A DNA stretch of 64,000 bases from Candidatus Pelagibacter sp. Its GTDB lineage: Bacteria > Pseudomonadota > Alphaproteobacteria > Pelagibacterales > Pelagibacteraceae. The notes beneath the pieces are model-generated. The model had not been told where the DNA came from and made no database searches. It saw only the letters and a list, made by a program, of their open reading frames with translations. The stretch's first letter is position 1; every line of letters begins with the position of its first letter. The stretch lies in the NCBI RefSeq assembly GCF_052048095.1, contig NZ_JBNAKG010000001.1:193300-257299 (forward strand). The letters run 5' to 3'. This document shows, one piece after another, positions 1 to 10,903 of this stretch. The position numbers were made by a program, and so were the translations under genes.

Positions 1-1476
1 TTGCCTAAAGAATATGTAAAGAAGATGGCAAAAAATCCTATAATTTTTGCATGTGCAAACCCAGACCCCGAAATAACACCAGAAGAAATTGAACAGGTAA
101 GAAATGATGCGATAGTTGCAACAGGAAGATCTGACTATCCAAATCAAGTAAATAATTTGATTGGCTTTCCATACATTTTTAGAGGTGCCTTAGATGTGAG
201 ATCAAAAATAATCAATGAAGAAATGAAAGTCGCCGCTGCACATGCAATTGCAAATCTTGCCAGAGAAGATGTACCGGATGAAGTTGTTGCTGCCATGGGC
301 GGAACGAGACCTCATTATGGAAAAGAATATATTATTCCTTCTACTTTTGATCCAAGATTAATTAGTGTAATACCTGCAGCTGTTGCTAAAGCAGCAATAA
401 ATTCAGGAGTTGCTAGAAAAAAAATTGATAACTTTGATCTTTATAAAGAACAATTAAAACAAAGATTAGATCCATCAGTAACTATTATGAATGGAATAAA
501 TAGTTCAATTAAGAATAAGCAAAAAAGAATAGTATTCGCTGATGGTGAAGATGAAAATACTTTAAAAGCCGCAATAGCATTTAAAAATTCAAAATTAGGA
601 ATTCCAATTCTTGTTGGCAAAGAATCCAAAATTAAAGAACAAATTGAAAAGATTGGATACGATGATCACTTTGATTTTGAAATAACAAACTCAACAGATA
701 ATTTAAAAAGAGAAAAATATACAAAGTTTTTATTCAAAAAACTTCAAAGAGAACAAGGTCTATTAGAATGGGATTGTGACAGATTAGTAAGAAATGATCG
801 AGTAACATGGGCATCTTGTATGGTTGCATGTGGTGATGCTGATGGAGCAGTGACTGGTAATACGAGAAGATTTGGTGCATCGTTTGAAAAAGTAAAACAA
901 GTGGTTGGTGCAAGAGATGGTGAGATTATGTTTGGAATGAATCTTGTCGTTCATGAAGGGAAGACTATATTTGTTGCTGACACCAGCGTTCACGAATGGC
1001 CAACATCAGATCAATTATCTCAAATAGCTAAATCTGCAGCAAGAGTTGTCAGATTATTTGGATTTGATCCAAAAGTTGCCTTCGTATCACATTCAACATT
1101 TGGACAGCCTATAACAAGTAGAACAGAACAAATTAGAGAGGCTGTTGAAATACTAAAAAAACAAAAAGTAGACTTTGAATTTGATGGTGAAATGCAGCCA
1201 GATGTTGCTTTAAACACTGAGTATCAAAAATTATATCCTTTTTCTAAAATTGTGGGGAATGCTAACATTTTAATTATGCCAGGCCAACACGCCGCTTCTA
1301 TTTCATATAAAATGATTAAAGCTTTTGGTGATAGTAAGGTGATTGGCCCACTTTTAATAGGTTTGGGTCTTCCAATAGAAATAGCTCCTTTAAGATGTTC
1401 AACTTCAGAAATACTTAATCTTGCATCTATAGCTGCTTATTCATCTGATATTATAGATTACAATTTAAAAAATTAG
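1..1476 (+). CDS. maeB: NADP-dependent malic enzyme with C-terminal phosphotransacetylase-like domain (5' end outside window)
   Basis: Malic-enzyme motifs IFACANPDPEI and ATGRSDYPNQVNN, followed by PTA-like RIVFADGED and FEFDGEMQPDVAL. The start at base 1 is a window-edge artefact. Confidence 0.93.
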   Translation: MPKEYVKKMAKNPIIFACANPDPEITPEEIEQVRNDAIVATGRSDYPNQVNNLIGFPYIFRGALDVRSKIINEEMKVAAAHAIANLAREDVPDEVVAAMGGTRPHYGKEYIIPSTFDPRLISVIPAAVAKAAINSGVARKKIDNFDLYKEQLKQRLDPSVTIMNGINSSIKNKQKRIVFADGEDENTLKAAIAFKNSKLGIPILVGKESKIKEQIEKIGYDDHFDFEITNSTDNLKREKYTKFLFKKLQREQGLLEWDCDRLVRNDRVTWASCMVACGDADGAVTGNTRRFGASFEKVKQVVGARDGEIMFGMNLVVHEGKTIFVADTSVHEWPTSDQLSQIAKSAARVVRLFGFDPKVAFVSHSTFGQPITSRTEQIREAVEILKKQKVDFEFDGEMQPDVALNTEYQKLYPFSKIVGNANILIMPGQHAASISYKMIKAFGDSKVIGPLLIGLGLPIEIAPLRCSTSEILNLASIAAYSSDIIDYNLKN

Positions 1477-2072
1477 TTTTTTTGAATTCTTAGATCTTCA
1501 ACTAACAAAATACTGGCTATTACCTCTTCAACATCAAGAATTGTTTCTGCTTCTTTTATAACCAAGTCCTTCTCCTCTGCAGTTTCTGAGATGCCGTAGA
1601 TAAATACTTTTTTCTTATAAGTATCAATTTGATAATTGATTGCTTTTATTTCTTTATTAAAAATAAGAGCTGATCTTAATTGAGAAGTGATCAACACATC
1701 TTTTGCAGATTGTTGAAAATTAAATTCTTCCTTTATTCTTAAATCATTTCTAACAGATCTTGCACCATCTGTTTCCCAAGCAAGTTTTGTTATCTGTAGC
1801 TTATCCTCTGGATTATCAACAGTACCAGTAATGAAAATTCTACCATCTAAAACTTCTGTTTTTACTTTAAAAATATGATTTTTATCTTTTAACAAAATTT
1901 TCGTACTTAAATCTTTTTGCATTATTTCATCATCTATTTGGGTGCCCACTGTTCTTGGATCAATTGCTACAGTAACCCCTTTACCAAAAATACTTGTTGT
2001 TGCAACACCAGCCGCAACACAACCAGATAAAATAAAACAAGCTAATATTATATTTATGATTTTAAAGTTCAT
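1473..2072 (-). CDS. BON-domain lipoprotein (OsmY/DolP-like)
   Basis: Lipobox ILSGC and two BON-like repeats (DPRTVGTQIDD, GRIFITGTV, VRNDL). Confidence 0.82.
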   Translation of the reverse strand: MNFKIINIILACFILSGCVAAGVATTSIFGKGVTVAIDPRTVGTQIDDEIMQKDLSTKILLKDKNHIFKVKTEVLDGRIFITGTVDNPEDKLQITKLAWETDGARSVRNDLRIKEEFNFQQSAKDVLITSQLRSALIFNKEIKAINYQIDTYKKKVFIYGISETAEEKDLVIKEAETILDVEEVIASILLVEDLRIQKN

Positions 2073-2922
2073 CTTTTAAACTTAAACAATAATTATAAAC
2101 TAATTTTTTTGATATATTTTGATTTGTACAAATTATTTCGGTTATTTCTTTTAAACTTAATTTGTTAATCATTTTTTTTATATTCTTAATATCTGATTCA
2201 CTTAAATTTTGCGAAGTGTTTTTCAATAATTGTTTTTCAGAAATAACTATTGTCAATTCTCCCTTCAAATCCTTTATTTCAACCAATTCATCGACGTCAT
2301 TTCTAATAAATTCTTCATAATATTTTGTCATTTCTCTACAAATTAATATTTTTCTTCCAGTAAAAAACTTTTTTAAATATTTAATCGACTTATTAAATTT
2401 CTTTGGAGAAATAAAAAAAACAATACTAGAATCTAGAATTGACATTTGAGACAGGTCCTCATTAATAATTTTATCTTTTTCTGGAAAAAAGCCATAAAAG
2501 TAAAACCTTTCACTAAAACCACTTATTGATACTGCAGTTGATACCGCTGAAGCTCCTGGTACTGGAATAACATCAATATTATTTTTAATACACTCATTTA
2601 TAATTTTTGATCCAGGGTCAGATATTGTTGGTGTTCCTGCATCAGAAATAATAGAAATCAATTGATCTGATTTTAATAAATTCATTATCTTCTCTAAATT
2701 TTTAACTTCATTAAATTTATGATTTGAAATTAAATTTGCTTTAATTTTGTATTTATTTAATAAATTTTTTGAAACTCTTGTATCCTCACATAATATGTGG
2801 TCTGAATTCTCTAGTATGTTAATAGCCCTATATGAAATATCCGCCAAATTCCCAATGGGTGTAGAGATTAAATATAATCCTTTTTTTAACTTATTATTGT
2901 CAGATTCTTTTTTTAAATCCAT
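2062..2922 (-). CDS. rsmI: 16S rRNA (cytidine-1402-2'-O)-methyltransferase
   Basis: LYLISTPIGNLADIS, ILCEDTR, ISDAGTPTISDPG, CREMTKYYEE. Confidence 0.95.
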   Translation of the reverse strand: MDLKKESDNNKLKKGLYLISTPIGNLADISYRAINILENSDHILCEDTRVSKNLLNKYKIKANLISNHKFNEVKNLEKIMNLLKSDQLISIISDAGTPTISDPGSKIINECIKNNIDVIPVPGASAVSTAVSISGFSERFYFYGFFPEKDKIINEDLSQMSILDSSIVFFISPKKFNKSIKYLKKFFTGRKILICREMTKYYEEFIRNDVDELVEIKDLKGELTIVISEKQLLKNTSQNLSESDIKNIKKMINKLSLKEITEIICTNQNISKKLVYNYCLSLKDEL

Positions 2923-2951
2923 TATGATAAATAATTAACATAATAATAATT

Positions 2952-4109
2952 ATGATAAAAAATTCAAAACTATTTATTTTTAGTCTTATTTTAATTTTAT
3001 TTTCAAACGCTAATGCCTCAGAAATTGAAAAAATTAAGATTGGATTATTAATACCTACTAGTAATGAAAATTATGAATTTGGCCAAACAATTATTAAGGC
3101 TGTTAGAATGGCAATGAATGATATCAATAGTGACAAGATAGAGATCATAATCAAAGACTCAAAGAAAGATCCAACTACTGCACTAAGGTCATCAATGGAA
3201 CTAAAACAACAAGGTGTAAATTTAGTAATTGGTCCAGTTTTTTATGAAAGTTTAGAATATTTAGACGAAATTGATGAAATGATATTTTTATCTTTAACAA
3301 ACAAAACAACTGATCTGCCAAATAATGTTATCAGTTCTGGCGTTAATTCTACTTCTCAATTAAATGCCATCAAAAAATTTTTAAAGGAAAACGAGATAAA
3401 AGATACAATTTTTCTAACTCCAAAAATATCTTATGAACAAGAATTACAAAGAGGAATAAAAAAATCGAAAATAAAGATTAAGAAAAATCATTTTTACGAT
3501 AGAGAGCCAACAAAACTTACAAAACAAATTGAAGAAATTACAAATTATAAAATTAGAAAACAAAATCTAGATGATGAAATTTATAGAGTAGAAAATTCAA
3601 ATGAATTTAATAAAGAAAAAAAACTACAAGAATTAAAGATGAATTATACCTTAGGAGAAGTTGATTTTGACTCTGTAATTATCGCTGATTTTGAAGAAAG
3701 CTTAAAAAGTGTAACAACATCTCTTCTTTATTCAGACATATCTCCTACAGAAAAATATTTTATTACATTAAATCAATGGTTTGATAAAAGTTTAATACAA
3801 GAAAAAGATATTCAGCCTATTTATTATCCATCTATTAATAAAAATAATTTTGAAAAATATAAACTTAGATATCAATTAGAATTTAATGAAGAGCCCAATC
3901 ATTTATCATTATTAAGTTATGACTTAGTGGGATTAGTTTATTATTTAGCTTATCAAAATAATTTTAAATTTAATGATGTAAAAAAACTGTTCAAAAGAAA
4001 AAATTCATTCAAAGGAAAAATTGGAATTTTTGATATCAAAAATAATGAAATTAATCATCGATTAAATTTTTACAAAGTAGAAAATAAAAAACTTATAGAA
4101 ATTTTTTAA
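2952..4109 (+). CDS. Periplasmic binding-fold protein (LppC/LpoA-like penicillin-binding protein activator family)
   Basis: Signal peptide ending ANA-SE, KIGLLIP start, LVIGPVF motif. Divergent from rsmI, as is usual in alphaproteobacteria. Confidence 0.7.
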   Translation: MIKNSKLFIFSLILILFSNANASEIEKIKIGLLIPTSNENYEFGQTIIKAVRMAMNDINSDKIEIIIKDSKKDPTTALRSSMELKQQGVNLVIGPVFYESLEYLDEIDEMIFLSLTNKTTDLPNNVISSGVNSTSQLNAIKKFLKENEIKDTIFLTPKISYEQELQRGIKKSKIKIKKNHFYDREPTKLTKQIEEITNYKIRKQNLDDEIYRVENSNEFNKEKKLQELKMNYTLGEVDFDSVIIADFEESLKSVTTSLLYSDISPTEKYFITLNQWFDKSLIQEKDIQPIYYPSINKNNFEKYKLRYQLEFNEEPNHLSLLSYDLVGLVYYLAYQNNFKFNDVKKLFKRKNSFKGKIGIFDIKNNEINHRLNFYKVENKKLIEIF

Positions 4110-4695
4110 TCTTTTTAAATGCATCATAACGATGATCTATTTTATATTTTTGGCTTGATTTAATCTCACTAAATGTTTTTGTTTTATTTAATGGTATAAA
4201 AATAGGATCGTAACCAAAACCATTTTTACCTTTTGGTTCTGAGGATATAAAACCTTCAACCTTCCCCTGAACACAAGCAATTTTTTTATTTTTGTCACAA
4301 ATAGATAGTGCACAAATAAATCTTGCTCTAATTTTTTTTCTTTTCCAATTTTTATCTACTTTATTTAATTCTCTATAGACTTTTTTAATTGCTTTATTAA
4401 AATCAGAATTTCTTCCTCCCCATCTTGCGGAATATATGCCTGGTCTTTTTCCTAAAATATCAATCTCTAGACCTGAGTCATCTGCTAAACAAATTAAACC
4501 GCTTTTTAAAGAAAAATGACGAGATTTTATTAATGAATTTTCTTTAAAAGTCTTTCCATCTTCCTTGGGACTTTTTAAATTAAAGTCAGCTGTCGAACAA
4601 AATTTTATTTTTTTTGGTAGTAAGCTCTTAATTTCTCTTAATTTTCCTTTATTATTTGTTCCTATTAAGAGTTTTTTAATTTTTTTTCTGACCAT
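4093..4695 (-). CDS. rdgB: Non-canonical purine NTP pyrophosphatase (XTP/dITP)
   Basis: GTNNKGKLRE, LADDSGL, PGIYSARW, GFGYDPIF, HR motif. Confidence 0.95.
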   Translation of the reverse strand: MVRKKIKKLLIGTNNKGKLREIKSLLPKKIKFCSTADFNLKSPKEDGKTFKENSLIKSRHFSLKSGLICLADDSGLEIDILGKRPGIYSARWGGRNSDFNKAIKKVYRELNKVDKNWKRKKIRARFICALSICDKNKKIACVQGKVEGFISSEPKGKNGFGYDPIFIPLNKTKTFSEIKSSQKYKIDHRYDAFKKIKKFL

Positions 4696-4725
4696 CTAGA
4701 AATTTTTAAATTTCATACCATATAT
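4696..4725 (+). promoter_or_regulatory. Putative RpoH (sigma32)-type promoter of grpE
   Basis: CTAGAA-N16-CCATATAT ending 6 nt before the grpE ATG; resembles the rhizobial RpoH consensus (about CTTGAA-N15/16-CCTATAT). Confidence 0.5.
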
Positions 4726-4731
4726 GTCCTC

Positions 4732-5352
4732 ATGGAAAAAGAAGAAACAAACCAAAATAACCTTAATGAAGATTTGGAAATAGCAGAAACCGAAAAAGAA
4801 AATTCTGCTAATAAAGAAGAAGTGAAAGAAAAAGATGAACCTACCCCAGAACAAAAAATTGCAGAACTAGAAGATAAGCTCGCAAGAACATTTGCTGAGA
4901 TGGAAAATCAAAGGAGAAGATTTGAAAAAGAAAAAGAAGATGCCTTCGATTATGGAGGATATTCATTTGCTAAAGAAGCTCTAAACCTAATTGATAATTT
5001 AGAGAGATCAAAAGCTGTCTTAGAAAATGATGATGCGCTTAAAGATACTGATGCTTTAAAAAAAACTTTAGAACATTTTGATATTATAAATAAAGATCTA
5101 ATATCCATATTCAGTAAAAACAATATTCAACCAATCGAAAGCTTAAATAAAAAATTAGACCCTAACTTACATCAGGCTATGATGGAAATTGAAGATGATA
5201 CAAAAGAACCTGGAACAATAATCCAAGAAATTCAAAAAGGATTTATGATCAAAGATAGATTGCTAAGACCTTCACTAGTAGGTGTAGCAAAGAAAACTAA
5301 CAGCAAAACTGAAAAAACATCAGAAACTAAAGAAAATTTAGAGGAAAAATAA
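4732..5352 (+). CDS. grpE: Nucleotide exchange factor GrpE
   Basis: AEMENQRRR, DPNLHQAM, QKGFMIKDRLLRPSLVGV; directly upstream of dnaK. Confidence 0.97.
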   Translation: MEKEETNQNNLNEDLEIAETEKENSANKEEVKEKDEPTPEQKIAELEDKLARTFAEMENQRRRFEKEKEDAFDYGGYSFAKEALNLIDNLERSKAVLENDDALKDTDALKKTLEHFDIINKDLISIFSKNNIQPIESLNKKLDPNLHQAMMEIEDDTKEPGTIIQEIQKGFMIKDRLLRPSLVGVAKKTNSKTEKTSETKENLEEK

Positions 5353-5364
5353 TGAGAAGAGCAA

Positions 5365-5392
5365 CTTGCGGTTTAAAAATTAATTCATATAT
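5365..5392 (+). promoter_or_regulatory. Putative promoter of dnaK (RpoH- or sigma70-type)
   Basis: CTTG-N17-CATATAT. The downstream CATATATGTC is identical to the grpE upstream sequence, and a GAGAGG RBS follows. Confidence 0.5.
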
Positions 5393-5413
5393 GTCGAAAG
5401 AGAGGTTTTAACT

Positions 5414-7339
5414 ATGAGTAAAATTATTGGTATAGATTTGGGTACTACGAATTCATGTGTGGCTATTATGGAAGGTAGCCAAGCAAAAGTTTTAGAAAAT
5501 GCTGAAGGAGCAAGAACAACGCCATCTGTTGTAGCTTTTACAGATGAAAATGAAAAATTAATTGGTCAACCAGCTAAAAGACAAGCGGTCACTAATCCTG
5601 AAAACACTATTTTTGCAGTTAAAAGATTAATAGGAAGAAATTTTGATGACCCAACTGTAAAAAAAGATGTTGAAGCGGCACCTTTTAAAATAGTTAATTC
5701 TGAAAAAGGCGATGCATGGATTGAAGCTAAAGGAGAAAAATATTCTCCTTCTCAAATTTCAGCTTTTATTTTACAAAAAATGAAAGAGACTGCTGAAAAA
5801 TATTTAGGCCAAGCAGTTTCAAAAGCGGTAATTACTGTTCCTGCTTATTTTAACGATGCACAAAGACAAGCAACAAAAGATGCAGGTAAAATTGCAGGAC
5901 TTGAAGTTTTAAGAATTATTAACGAACCAACAGCTGCTTCTTTGGCTTATGGTTTAGATAAAAAACAAAATAAAAAAATAGCTGTCTACGATTTAGGTGG
6001 TGGAACTTTTGATGTATCTATTCTTGAATTGGGTGATGGTGTTTTCGAAGTTAAATCTACAAATGGTGACACATTCTTAGGCGGTGAAGATTTTGATAAT
6101 GCAGTTGTTGAATATTTAATTTCTGAATTCAAGAAAGATAATGGAATTGATCTAAAATCAGACAAATTAGCACTTCAAAGACTTAAAGAGGCTGCTGAAA
6201 AAGCGAAAATAGAATTATCGTCTGCTGAACAAACTGATATTAATTTACCTTTTATTACTGCAGACAAAACTGGTCCAAAACATATAAATTTAAAAATGAC
6301 TAGAGCTAAATTAGAGGCATTAGTAGAAGATTTAATTTCGAGAACTATTCCTCCATGTACAACAGCTTTAAAAGATGCAGGTATTTCAGCTAATGAAATA
6401 GATGAAGTTGTAATGGTTGGTGGTATGACGAGAATGCCTAAAGTTATTGAAGAAGTAAAAAATTTCTTTGGCAAAGAACCAAATAAAAGCGTAAATCCAG
6501 ATGAAGTAGTTGCAATGGGTGCAGCAATCCAAGCTGGTGTTTTACAAGGTGATGTGAAAGATGTTCTTCTTTTAGATGTAACACCTTTATCTTTGGGTAT
6601 CGAAACTCTTGGTGGTGTATCAACAAAATTAATTGATAAAAACACAACTATTCCGACAAAAAAAAGTCAGGTTTTTTCAACTGCTGAAGACAATCAACCG
6701 GCGGTATCAATAAGAGTACTTCAAGGTGAAAGAGAAATGGCAACTGATAATAAGTTACTTGGTAACTTTGAGTTAGTTGGTATTGCCCCAGCTCCTAGAG
6801 GCGTTCCACAAATTGAAGTAACTTTTGATATTGATGCTAATGGAATTGTAAATGTTTCTGCAAAAGACAAAGGAACTGGTAAAGAACAAAAAATCCAAAT
6901 CCAAGCTTCTGGTGGACTGAGTGATGAAGAAATTGAAAAAATGGTAAAAGATGCTGAAGCTAACAAGGAAACAGACAAGAAAAAAAGAGAATCTGTTGAT
7001 GTTAGAAATCAAGCAGATACTCTTATTCACTCAACAGAGAAAAACCTAAAAGAACATGGCTCTAAAATTTCTGATGCTGAGAAAAAAGCTATTGAAGACG
7101 CTTCTGCAGCAGTCAAAGAATCTTTAAAAGGTGACAATATTGAAGACATTAAGAAGAAAACTGAAGCTTTAGTACAAGCTTCAATGAAACTTGGTGAAGC
7201 TATTTATAAGTCACAACAAAACACAAAACCTGAATCTGGAAAAGATGATGGAAAAGACAACAAGGATAAAAAAGACGATAATGTTGTTGATGCTGACTTT
7301 GAAGAAGTAAAAGACGAGAATAAAGAAAAAAGCGCTTAA
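5414..7339 (+). CDS. dnaK: Chaperone DnaK (Hsp70)
   Basis: [32 protein letters not shown]-terminal VVDADFEEV. Confidence 0.99.
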   Translation: MSKIIGIDLGTTNSCVAIMEGSQAKVLENAEGARTTPSVVAFTDENEKLIGQPAKRQAVTNPENTIFAVKRLIGRNFDDPTVKKDVEAAPFKIVNSEKGDAWIEAKGEKYSPSQISAFILQKMKETAEKYLGQAVSKAVITVPAYFNDAQRQATKDAGKIAGLEVLRIINEPTAASLAYGLDKKQNKKIAVYDLGGGTFDVSILELGDGVFEVKSTNGDTFLGGEDFDNAVVEYLISEFKKDNGIDLKSDKLALQRLKEAAEKAKIELSSAEQTDINLPFITADKTGPKHINLKMTRAKLEALVEDLISRTIPPCTTALKDAGISANEIDEVVMVGGMTRMPKVIEEVKNFFGKEPNKSVNPDEVVAMGAAIQAGVLQGDVKDVLLLDVTPLSLGIETLGGVSTKLIDKNTTIPTKKSQVFSTAEDNQPAVSIRVLQGEREMATDNKLLGNFELVGIAPAPRGVPQIEVTFDIDANGIVNVSAKDKGTGKEQKIQIQASGGLSDEEIEKMVKDAEANKETDKKKRESVDVRNQADTLIHSTEKNLKEHGSKISDAEKKAIEDASAAVKESLKGDNIEDIKKKTEALVQASMKLGEAIYKSQQNTKPESGKDDGKDNKDKKDDNVVDADFEEVKDENKEKSA

Positions 7340-7368
7340 ACAGACAACTGATTGTCTAGGTTAAACTG

Positions 7369-8505
7369 ATGGCTAAAAGAGACTATTATGATGTCCTAGG
7401 CGTGAATAAGAGTGCGAGTCCTGAAGAAATAAAATCTGCTTATAGAAAACTGGCTGTAAAGTATCATCCAGATAAAAATCCTGGTGATAAATCTGCTGAG
7501 GATAAATTTAAAGAAGCAAGCGAAGCTTATGGAATACTGTCCGATAAAAGTAAAAAAGAAAACTATGATAATTTTGGACATGCAGCCTTTGAAAATGGAG
7601 GTGGTGGACAAGGAGGTTTCGGTGGATTTGGAGGATTTAACGGCTCAGATTTTTCAGATATCTTTGAAGATTTTTTCGGTGATTTTGGTGGCGGCAGGAG
7701 AAGTAATAGAGGGAGAAGTTCTAGCAATAGAGGTTCAGATTTAAGATATGATTTATCCATTACTCTAGAAGAAGCTTACACTGGGAAAAAACAAAATATT
7801 CAATTCTCAACATCTGAAAAATGTAACACCTGTAAAGGTAATGGATCTAAACCTGGACATTCTCCTGACAGATGTACTTATTGTGGAGGAAATGGAAGAG
7901 TTAGAACTAACCAAGGATTTTTTACTGTTCAACAAACTTGTCCTCAATGTGCTGGAAGTGGTGAAGAAATTACACATCCATGTAATGATTGTAATGGCCA
8001 GGGTAATAAACAAACTTCAAAGAAATTAGCTGTAACTATCCCTCAGGGAGTAGATGACGGAACTCGTATTAGATTATCTGGAAAGGGTGAGGCAGGAACT
8101 AAGGGTGGAGCAAATGGTGATTTATATTTATTTATTAATGTTAAGTCTCATGAATTATTCAAAAGATCAGATGAAAATCTGTTCTTTGAATGCCCAATTT
8201 CAATCGCTGATGCAGCTTTAGGCACTACAATTGAAATACCTACTATTGATGGTGGTAGAGCTAAAATTAAAATTCCAGAGGGAACACAATCAGGTAAACA
8301 ATTTAGACTACGTGGAAAAGGAATGCCTTACATGAGAGGAAGTGGAAATGGTGATTTGTATGTTCAAATAGAAACTGAAGTTCCAGTTTCATTAAATAAA
8401 AAACAAAAAGAACTACTAGAACAATTTAGAGAAATAGAAAACGAAAAATCCAATCCAAGTATTAGACAATTCTTTGAAAAAGCAAAAAGTTTCTGGAAAA
8501 ACTAA
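7369..8505 (+). CDS. dnaJ: Chaperone DnaJ
   Basis: J-domain with HPD, G/F-rich region, four CxxCxGxG zinc motifs. Confidence 0.99.
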   Translation: MAKRDYYDVLGVNKSASPEEIKSAYRKLAVKYHPDKNPGDKSAEDKFKEASEAYGILSDKSKKENYDNFGHAAFENGGGGQGGFGGFGGFNGSDFSDIFEDFFGDFGGGRRSNRGRSSSNRGSDLRYDLSITLEEAYTGKKQNIQFSTSEKCNTCKGNGSKPGHSPDRCTYCGGNGRVRTNQGFFTVQQTCPQCAGSGEEITHPCNDCNGQGNKQTSKKLAVTIPQGVDDGTRIRLSGKGEAGTKGGANGDLYLFINVKSHELFKRSDENLFFECPISIADAALGTTIEIPTIDGGRAKIKIPEGTQSGKQFRLRGKGMPYMRGSGNGDLYVQIETEVPVSLNKKQKELLEQFREIENEKSNPSIRQFFEKAKSFWKN

Positions 8506-8546
8506 TCTTTGTAATAAATTGAAAGATAGTTATAAAATCTAATCAA

Positions 8547-9323
8547 ATGAAAAATATAAACTTAACTATTACTGGCTGTATGGGCAGAATGGGACAACAA
8601 CTCATTAAAACTACAAAAAAAGAAAAGGGTTTTAAGATTCATAGTCTAACTGAATACAAGCAAATAAATAAAAAATTTAGCGGTATTAGACCTCAACTTA
8701 ATACTGAAAATGCTTTTAAAAATACTGATGTTATCATTGATTTTACAATTCCAAAATGCACGTTTGAGGTTTTAAAAATTGCCTCAAATTTAAAAAAAAA
8801 AGTAGTCATAGGTACAACTGGGTTTACAAAAAGAGAAGAGAATTTAATTAAATCTTTCTCAAAGAAAATCCCTATTTTAAAAGCAGGAAATATGAGTTTG
8901 GGTATAAATTTATTAATGTACCTGACTGAAATAGCAGCAAAATCTCTTGGAAATAAGTATTTGAGTAAAGTTTTTGAAGTACATCACAAGCATAAAAAAG
9001 ATTATCCTTCAGGTACTGCTTTGATGCTGGGTAAAGGTATAGCTATTGGTAAAAATAAAGAATTTTACAATTTAATTGGGAAAAAATTTCTAAATAAAAA
9101 AAATTTTCCTTATGGAAATAAAATTAATTTCAATTCAATTAGAAAAGGTGAAGTAATTGGAGAGCATGAAGTTTTATTTTCGAGCGGGAAAGAAATAATT
9201 AAATTAAATCATGAAGCTTTTGATAGAGCTCTATATTCTGAAGGAGCGCTTTCAGCGGCAAAATGGTTGATGAATAAAAAACCTGGCTTATACTCAATGA
9301 GAGATTTAATGAATTTCAAATAA
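8547..9323 (+). CDS. dapB: 4-hydroxy-tetrahydrodipicolinate reductase
   Basis: GCMGRMG, IDFT, GTTG, EVHHKHKKDYPSGTA. Confidence 0.95.
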   Translation: MKNINLTITGCMGRMGQQLIKTTKKEKGFKIHSLTEYKQINKKFSGIRPQLNTENAFKNTDVIIDFTIPKCTFEVLKIASNLKKKVVIGTTGFTKREENLIKSFSKKIPILKAGNMSLGINLLMYLTEIAAKSLGNKYLSKVFEVHHKHKKDYPSGTALMLGKGIAIGKNKEFYNLIGKKFLNKKNFPYGNKINFNSIRKGEVIGEHEVLFSSGKEIIKLNHEAFDRALYSEGALSAAKWLMNKKPGLYSMRDLMNFK

Positions 9324-9976
9324 TGAATGAGATTCAAAGGGCAAAATTAGTTTTAAAAATACTTAATAAAACTTATCCTACAATAAAAGTTCCTTTAAAA
9401 AGTAGGAATACTTTCACATTATTAATTTCTGTTTTACTATCTGCACAATGCACAGATGTTAATGTTAATAATGTAACAAAAAATATTTATCCAAAATATT
9501 ATAAACCTGAACATTTTGTAAAATTAGGAAGAAAAAAAATTGAAACCTTAATAAAAAAAATTGGTATTTTTAGAATTAAAGCCAAAAGTATTTATAATTT
9601 ATCAAAAATTTTAGTTGAAAAGTATCAAGGTAAAGTTCCTAATACTTATGAAGAATTAGAACAGTTACCTAGTGTTGGGCATAAAACGGCAAGCGTAGTC
9701 ATGTCCCAAGGTTTTGGACATCCGGCTTTTCCTGTTGATACGCATATACATAGACTTGCACAGAGATGGGGGTTAACTAATGGTAAAAATGTTGTTCAAA
9801 CTGAAAAAGATTTAAAAAGATTATTTCCAAAAAAAAATTGGAACAAACTTCACTTGCAAATTATTTATTATGGACGTGAATATTGTAAAGCACGAGATTG
9901 TTATGGAATTAGTTGTAAAATTTGTACTTCTTGTTATCCTAATAGAAAAAAACCATTTATAGCGAAAAAACCTTAA
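9323..9976 (+). CDS. nth: Endonuclease III
   Basis: LLSAQCTD, HhH motif LPSVGHKTA, VDTHIHR, Cys-rich C-terminus. Confidence 0.93.
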   Translation: MNEIQRAKLVLKILNKTYPTIKVPLKSRNTFTLLISVLLSAQCTDVNVNNVTKNIYPKYYKPEHFVKLGRKKIETLIKKIGIFRIKAKSIYNLSKILVEKYQGKVPNTYEELEQLPSVGHKTASVVMSQGFGHPAFPVDTHIHRLAQRWGLTNGKNVVQTEKDLKRLFPKKNWNKLHLQIIYYGREYCKARDCYGISCKICTSCYPNRKKPFIAKKP

Positions 9977-10902
9977 TGAAAATACTGGGAATTGGGAATG
10001 CGATTGTTGATGTCTTATGTAAAGTATCAGATGAATTTTTAAAAAATAATTCATTAACTAAAAGCACGATGAAACTAGTAAATGAAGATGAATTTAAAAA
10101 TCTCATATCATCACTAAAAATTGAAGAAACTATTTCGGGAGGATCTGTTGCTAATTCTATAGTGGGACTTTCACAACTTGGAAATAAAGTTGGGTTTTTA
10201 GGTAAAGTAAGTGATGATGATTTAGGACAAAAGTACGAAGATGGTTTAATCAAAGAAAACGTTGAATATCTGTATTTAAAAAAAAAAGAACCTATCCCAA
10301 CGGGGTCTTGTTTAATTTTAATTACACCTGATTCTGAGAGAACTATGTGCACTTTCTTGGGTACTGCTGGAAAAATTAATGAAAATGATGTTGATGAAAA
10401 TATGATTAAAAAGTCAGATTTAATTTTTTTAGAAGGGTATTTATGGGATGAAGGTGACCCCAAAAAGGCTTTTAATAAAGCTATTTCTTCTTCTAATAAA
10501 GTGGCTATGTCTTTATCAGACCTATTTTGTGTTGAAAGACATAAAGATAATTTCTTAAACTTGGTAAAAAATCAAATAGATATTACTTTTGCAAACGAAC
10601 AAGAAATGACATCTTTAATAAATTCAAATTCATTTAATGATGTAATAGAGTTTTCAAAAACAATTGATAAAACTATTGTAATTACTAGAGGTGAAAAAGG
10701 TTCTGTGGTTATATCTAAGAAAAATGTTTATGAGTGCAAGGCTAAATCAAATTTGAAATTAGTTGATCTTACTGGTGCGGGTGATTTATTTGCTGGAGGC
10801 TTTTTGCACGGATATGTTAATAATATGGGATTAGAAAAAAGTTTAGAAAAAGGGACTGAAATGTCATCGAAGATAATTCAAATTATAGGAGCAAGACTTT
10901 AA
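9976..10902 (+). CDS. PfkB-family kinase (adenosine kinase-like)
   Basis: GIGNAIVDV, GGSVANS, FLEGYLWD, DLTGAGDLFAGGFL. Confidence 0.88.
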   Translation: MKILGIGNAIVDVLCKVSDEFLKNNSLTKSTMKLVNEDEFKNLISSLKIEETISGGSVANSIVGLSQLGNKVGFLGKVSDDDLGQKYEDGLIKENVEYLYLKKKEPIPTGSCLILITPDSERTMCTFLGTAGKINENDVDENMIKKSDLIFLEGYLWDEGDPKKAFNKAISSSNKVAMSLSDLFCVERHKDNFLNLVKNQIDITFANEQEMTSLINSNSFNDVIEFSKTIDKTIVITRGEKGSVVISKKNVYECKAKSNLKLVDLTGAGDLFAGGFLHGYVNNMGLEKSLEKGTEMSSKIIQIIGARL

Positions 10903-10903
10903 T

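Noticed and set aside
4696-5413. CIRCE/HrcA operator at grpE-dnaK
   Set aside because: No TTAGCACTC-N9-GAGTGCTAA-like repeat is present and there is no hrcA in the window.
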